DNA of 64,000 bases. Source: Octopus sinensis. Its lineage: Eukaryota. Positions 59,243-64,000 of this stretch are shown piece after piece. Positions within the stretch are counted from its first letter, which is position 1. Every line of letters starts with the position of its first letter. The position numbers were made by a program, and so were the translations under genes. The stretch is taken from positions 30,752,001 to 30,816,000 of the forward strand of contig NC_043006.1 of NCBI RefSeq assembly GCF_006345805.1. Direction: 5' to 3'. The notes under the pieces were generated by a model. That model saw nothing but the letters and a program-made list of their open reading frames with translations. It made no database searches and was not told the origin of the DNA.

Positions 59243-61074
59243 CTGGAAAAAAATGGAAGAAAACATTTTAGCATTGATCATATGGAATTTTTATATAAAT
59301 ATTTATATTATATAATTGTTATATAAGTCATATATATATATAGTTCAAAACTAAAGGAAGCTGAGATAAAAATGTTGTCCGGAGGTTTTCAACTGACCTT
59401 GGTTTGTTTGTCTGTATCGGTGATATTTTTAAGGTTGATCTTGATATTGTAGTTGGCTCCCCATGTAGCAGCTTCCAGCATTCTAATACCTGTCTGGAAA
59501 TAGAAAATGGAATAAGAATCTAAGAACATTTAACAAAGAATAGGATAAATAAAAAGACAACAACAGTTTTCCATATCTGTATACACACATTTTAATTTCC
59601 TATAGTCATCAAAAAGTTAATTATAAAGTAAAATAAAAACATTTAAAATTCAATATAGTTCTGTTTTCAATTAATAAAATGTAAAAAGAGTGATCAAGTT
59701 TTTGAATAATTAGTTAATTCATTGAGTGGCGTGTCTCAGCTTCTAGAAATAAGGAACATTTGTAAGAAGAGACATAATTTAGATTGAAAGGAAATGCATG
59801 AGTATTTTTCAGAGATGTGACGTGTTAGTATGCAGTGGATTTTATTAACACCATCATCATTGGTTAAAGATACCCAACAGGGCGATCGTTGGTTCTTTGC
59901 CTTTCTGATAGTGAGAGTATCAAACCACCAGAAGGGAAGCTAGGAAACAGGTTTACTTAGTCAGTCCTCAGTTAAACCGTTCAACCCATGCCAGCATGGA
60001 AAGCAGACAATAAACGATGATGATGATGGTGATGATTTAAATATGGGTGTTCTGTTTGAACAAAGTATACAGTGGGAGATACCACGAAAAAAACCTCTTA
60101 TATTCATTTTTGGTTCAAAACACACTCATTTATATCACTAGTGGGATCACCAGATCATGTGATTTCAACCTTCCTTGGCTTCTTTAATGATGGATGTTTG
60201 GTGTTAATACTGCCTCTGTCACTGATGTATATTTTGTTAACAAGTTCAGTGGCTACTCTGGATAGCTGCACCTGTTCTGGCACTGTTTTTCTATATATCA
60301 CTGGCAGAGAGATGAGTCACTGCTATCTCAAGTAATCAAGTGTCCATCATTGATAAGATCAAAGAAGGTTGAAATCACGGGATCTGGTGGCCTCCATGCT
60401 GAAGATGGCAAGGATTTATCTCCCCACTAGTGATATAAGCAAGAGTCCATTCTGCACCAAAAGCCAATATGAGAGCTTCTCTCTTCATATCTACCAACCG
60501 CAGTAGTGTTTGATCTAACAGAACATCCATATTTGAGTGGGGATAGATATCACCTCTCGGCATTAATCCTGTCTCTGTTATTAATATATGTTAGATAGCA
60601 GAGGCTGAGATATGGAATGTCTGAGAAATATATAAAATGGGAGGATAAGGCAAGAATTATTTGATCCCAGAATTTATTTAATCTGGAATTAAACAACAAC
60701 AATAAAAATAACCTGTCAAAAACCTTCTCCGGACCACAATGGAACCCAGAACAGACACACGTGTAACAAGCCTCTTTGCTTTATATTGGATGCATGTATG
60801 AATAAGGATGAAATGCAAGCTAAATCCAGGGTAAACTTACCTGGAGGTCAGACAAGCAGTTGACGTTTCCATAGAGAGACAACTCTTGGAGCAGGGGCCA
60901 CACTTCACTGATTATACGTGCCAGATTCATAGGAACACCAATGGCATTGGCAAGGCTCTCCTCTTTTGCTTTTTCTTTGCTGGTTGTGGAATATAGAATT
61001 GGTGTTGATGTGAAACAGATGAAGAATTCTCTCTATCTCTCCATCACTTTCTTGGTCAAACATATACATTACAC

Positions 61075-61106
<32 letters not shown>

Positions 61107-62356
61107 TTACCCATGTTGGTATGGAAGGCAGACATTAAACGACAATGATGATGGTGATGATGATGATGACATATATATATAAATTAGAGATAAAGCCACT
61201 ATTGTGCAATTCAAACAGTGATACACATATACCAAATCATAAATAACAAATGAAATATATTTTTATAAGACATATAACTAGATCACAAAAAGTATAAAAA
61301 TGAATAATCAATATATAATAAGTAAAAAAAACTTTATATTTTATATATTTATATTGTGAAATTTGATTTAATACTAAATTGAATTGTTCTTTGTAAGTGT
61401 GGAGTTATACTCCCTAATATTATATATATATTATCCAAAATGTACAGCATTATATATCCATCATGGCTGATCATACCAATCGGTTTCGTACAAGGAATAT
61501 AATAGAGTGTTAGGTAACAATCCAATTATATAACCTTACGCTCATCAGAGTTAGTCGATATGGAAGGGAATATGGTGATTGCTTTCTATTGTTGGAGGTG
61601 ACTTAACACAACTGGTTTGCAGTTGCTGTGAAAAGGTGGTGAAACGAAAAAGGGCCAGGTGATTAGGTTAGGAGTTATGTCTCTTGGGTTGGGTATGCTG
61701 TGAGGTTATGGCTAGTCAGAAAGTTACCATTGGTTTCATGCCTCTTATGCTCTTAGTAATACTAGTTAGTCATCAGACCTACTGGCCAGAGACACATATC
61801 TGCATTACAAATGAAGGCTGGAATACAGTCTCGGTCAGCTAAGGTTGTGACAAATCCCTTGGAATGAAATTGTTTGAAGTGAAACCCCTTCTGGGCGAGA
61901 TGGTGTCATCTCCATTTGTCTGGTTCTAGTTGTGCCCCAAAAAGATCAGTTTTTGTATGATTTCTATTGACTAGTCAGTAAGTGGGGAATTCCATGTCCC
62001 CAACACGAATCTTCTCTCCAACTAAACAATTCACCTTTGGGGTTAAGAAGCCCCCCTCCACCGGATCAAGAAAGTTTTTTAGGATCCTTATCCTCTCAGC
62101 CAAGTAAAGTTTGCATTGTCTGCTCCCATTGAGGTAAGGTCCAGGTTGTTCCAGGAGTTTCCTGTATGGCATCTGTGTATCATACTTAATATATATACAC
62201 CATTGATAGGCCAAATACTATAGTATTCTTCCTGGGATAACATCTCATATAGACATGCTGTGTTAAAAACACATGGCTCAGTCATTTACATTATGTGTGT
62301 GTGAATACAAACCTTTCTTTTTCTTTTTCACTTGATTCTGGCATTTTCAGAGCTGC
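59162..62356 (-). CDS. FTCD: Formimidoyltransferase-cyclodeaminase, last four coding exons (cyclodeaminase C-terminus); the rest of the gene lies beyond the window end
   Basis: Spliced product AALKMPESSEKEKESKEKAKEESLANAIGVPMNLARIISEVWPLLQELSLYGNVNCLSDLQTGIRMLEAATWGANYNIKINLKNITDTDKQTKILEEIDGYQKLAEQETIKILSLMENK* resembles the FTCD C-terminus (VPL..A.....WP.LQEL...GN....SDLQ...GA.FNV.INL..I.D). Exon sizes 44/139/96 nt match the vertebrate FTCD layout as recalled. Confidence 0.92.
59398..59493 (-). CDS. FTCD: FTCD exon (TGIRMLEAATWGANYNIKINLKNITD...), 96 nt
   Basis: ttccag acceptor; AAG|gtcagt donor. Confidence 0.93.
60131..60437. repeat. Imperfect fold-back in an FTCD intron
   Basis: Perfect 15-bp outer IR TATATCACTAGTGGG / CCCACTAGTGATATA and further matching blocks inside. 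Confidence 0.8.
60841..60979 (-). CDS. FTCD: FTCD exon (KEKAKEE...VWPLLQEL...SDLQ), 139 nt
   Basis: accag acceptor; CAG|gtaagt donor. Confidence 0.93.
61458..61784 (-). ncRNA. Two degenerate hammerhead motifs in tandem in an FTCD intron
   Basis: CTGATGA...GAAACCAATGGTA (61717..61784) and CTGATGA...GAAACCGATTGGTA (61458..61564); partial stems I and II. Confidence 0.5.
62313..62356 (-). CDS. FTCD: FTCD exon (AALKMPESSEKEKE), 44 nt
   Basis: Long pyrimidine tract with ttttag acceptor; AG|gtttgt donor. Confidence 0.88.
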
Positions 62357-63310
62357 CTAAAAGAGAAAGAGATAAGAAGAGATAATGAATGAATATATGA
62401 TGTTCTAGGTTTTATTTCCCAGTCATTTTACCCAACATTTTAACATTTTAACAATTCAGTATAAATTTTCCACCAAAAACCAAAATAATTGCTCACTTTG
62501 CACAAGAAACTGATTATTCAATCAATTCCCTGTCTGACTCATTGTTGTTGGACATCCAGGGATTATAAATTCATGCTGTTTAATTCCAAGTCAGCATCAA
62601 TCAAGCAGACTAATGACTTATAGGTTATCGGTCCAATGTTGTGATATGATTCATAGACCCATTATTCCAGTCTGCTAAATGAATGGCCCTTTTACAACCT
62701 CAAACACTCAGCTGTTTCACTGAGACAACTTCAACAATCTCCAATCTTGGCATCTTGCTTTTTGTCCATTATTTAGTCTGTTTTTCTGATCTTATAAGAC
62801 CTGCACAGACTGTGACAGTTGCTGTTCCACAACACCTCATTGTTGATTGGTATTGAACATCCCTTCACAGTGTTTGAGGATAATAAAATTCTTGATGTTG
62901 TAACTTTGTGTTTTGTGTTTTAATATCTGACTGAAGTGAGTGAGAAGGGCGACCAGACACTCTTTCTCAGTTTGATTTACTTAATCAACACATCAAGTAT
63001 TTGATACTTTATGAGAATTTACTTGTTTGGAAGTGAATTAGTAACACCAGTTCTTTGATAACAAAATGCCATGTAACCTCTAATTTGTCTTTGAGTTATT
63101 TCTGTCATTGATACTATCTTCCATGAACATTTCAAAGACAAACCAATGTGGAAGAATCCACTTTTTTATGACAAATAAAGGCTTCAGCTTGGAATTGAAA
63201 CCATCCCAGACCATCCCAGACTTGGTTCAGCTGGAATTTACCTCCACTTCATATCATGTACATTCTTTGAATCATAAAATATATCATATGTTCAGCTATT
63301 TCATCATTGT

Positions 63311-63689
63311 AGTAAAGATTGTTTGCCAACATAACATGGCAGTTCTGGTTTAGGACTAATGTTGCTGTAATTTAGCCCCAGGAGACATTGTCTCCAGCTG
63401 GCTATATGGCATGATCTGTGTCCTTATATTTTCAAACAAGGGAATCTAACAATATTGATACACAGATGTTGTTTTGAGCTGAGTGGGGGTACTAGATTCC
63501 CTTGTTTGAAAATATAAGAACACAGATCGTGTTGTATAGCCAGCTGGAGACGATGTCTCCTGGTGCTAAATTACAGCAACGTTCATCCTAAACCAGGACT
63601 GCCATGTTATGTTGGAAAACAATTTTTACTATAAAGTAATGTTGCTGAATATCTCTCGTTGTGAGATTTAAAAATAGTAATTTTCTAAT
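63311..63689 (+). mobile_element. Family B second copy, fold-back arrangement
   Basis: Near-TSD ATTTCATCATTGT (63298..63310) and ATTTCCTCATTGT (63690..63702); left part is the reverse complement of the right part. Confidence 0.65.
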
Positions 63690-64000
63690 ATTTCCTCATT
63701 GTGTTATAGTTTTGTTTTTTTTTGTGGATTTAACCATGGTAACAGCATTCTATAAATATGAATGCCATTTAGTTGGGGTAAATTCTTGACAAAGTGATTC
63801 TGTAATCAAGGTTCACTTCTTAGTTGAGCCATGTCACTTCAAGTGTCATTCCTAATTCTGTAAGGGAGAGGCAGAGAAACTCTACCAATCTTCACTCTTT
63901 AACACACTACTTAAAAAACCCCTTTAGGTATAACTCAGCCATTTATTGGAGGTTACAGAATATATGAACCCTTTTGAGGTCCTGTCAATATAGTAAGAAC

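Noticed and set aside
61975-62285. Two overlapping minus-strand ORFs (65 and 79 aa) in an FTCD intron
   Set aside because: No recognisable domain; probably a decayed retroelement upstream of the hammerhead pair.
62560-62660. LIDAD-like peptide on the - strand as a possible upstream FTCD exon
   Set aside because: In-frame stops on both sides and no suitable splice sites; the true exon probably lies beyond 64000.

Overview
AT-rich, repeat-dense animal genomic DNA, most likely an octopus or related coleoid cephalopod (inferred from the repeat content, not proven). Two convergent genes are present. On the + strand lie the last 31 coding exons of a UBR3-type N-recognin E3 ubiquitin ligase (554..45914; 4455 nt spliced, 1484 aa plus stop, all introns GT-AG and in phase; 5' part is outside the window). 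On the - strand lie the last 4 coding exons of FTCD (cyclodeaminase C-terminus, 62356..59162). Introns and the intergenic region contain RTE LINE 3' ends, tRNA-derived SINEs, piggyBac, maT (DD37D), hAT and Helentron-like relics, satellites and fold-backs. The most notable signal is a set of minimal hammerhead-ribozyme (HHR) motifs from several unrelated Penelope-like or retrozyme-like repeat families. These include a tRNA-headed (Pol III type) HHR-carrying element present twice with TSDs and Penelope-style inverted geometry, and an apparently intact U3-A8 core variant just downstream of the UBR3 poly(A) signal. All RNA structures were paired by eye; no folding, alignment or database search was run. 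Most long ORFs in the supplied track are repeat artefacts.
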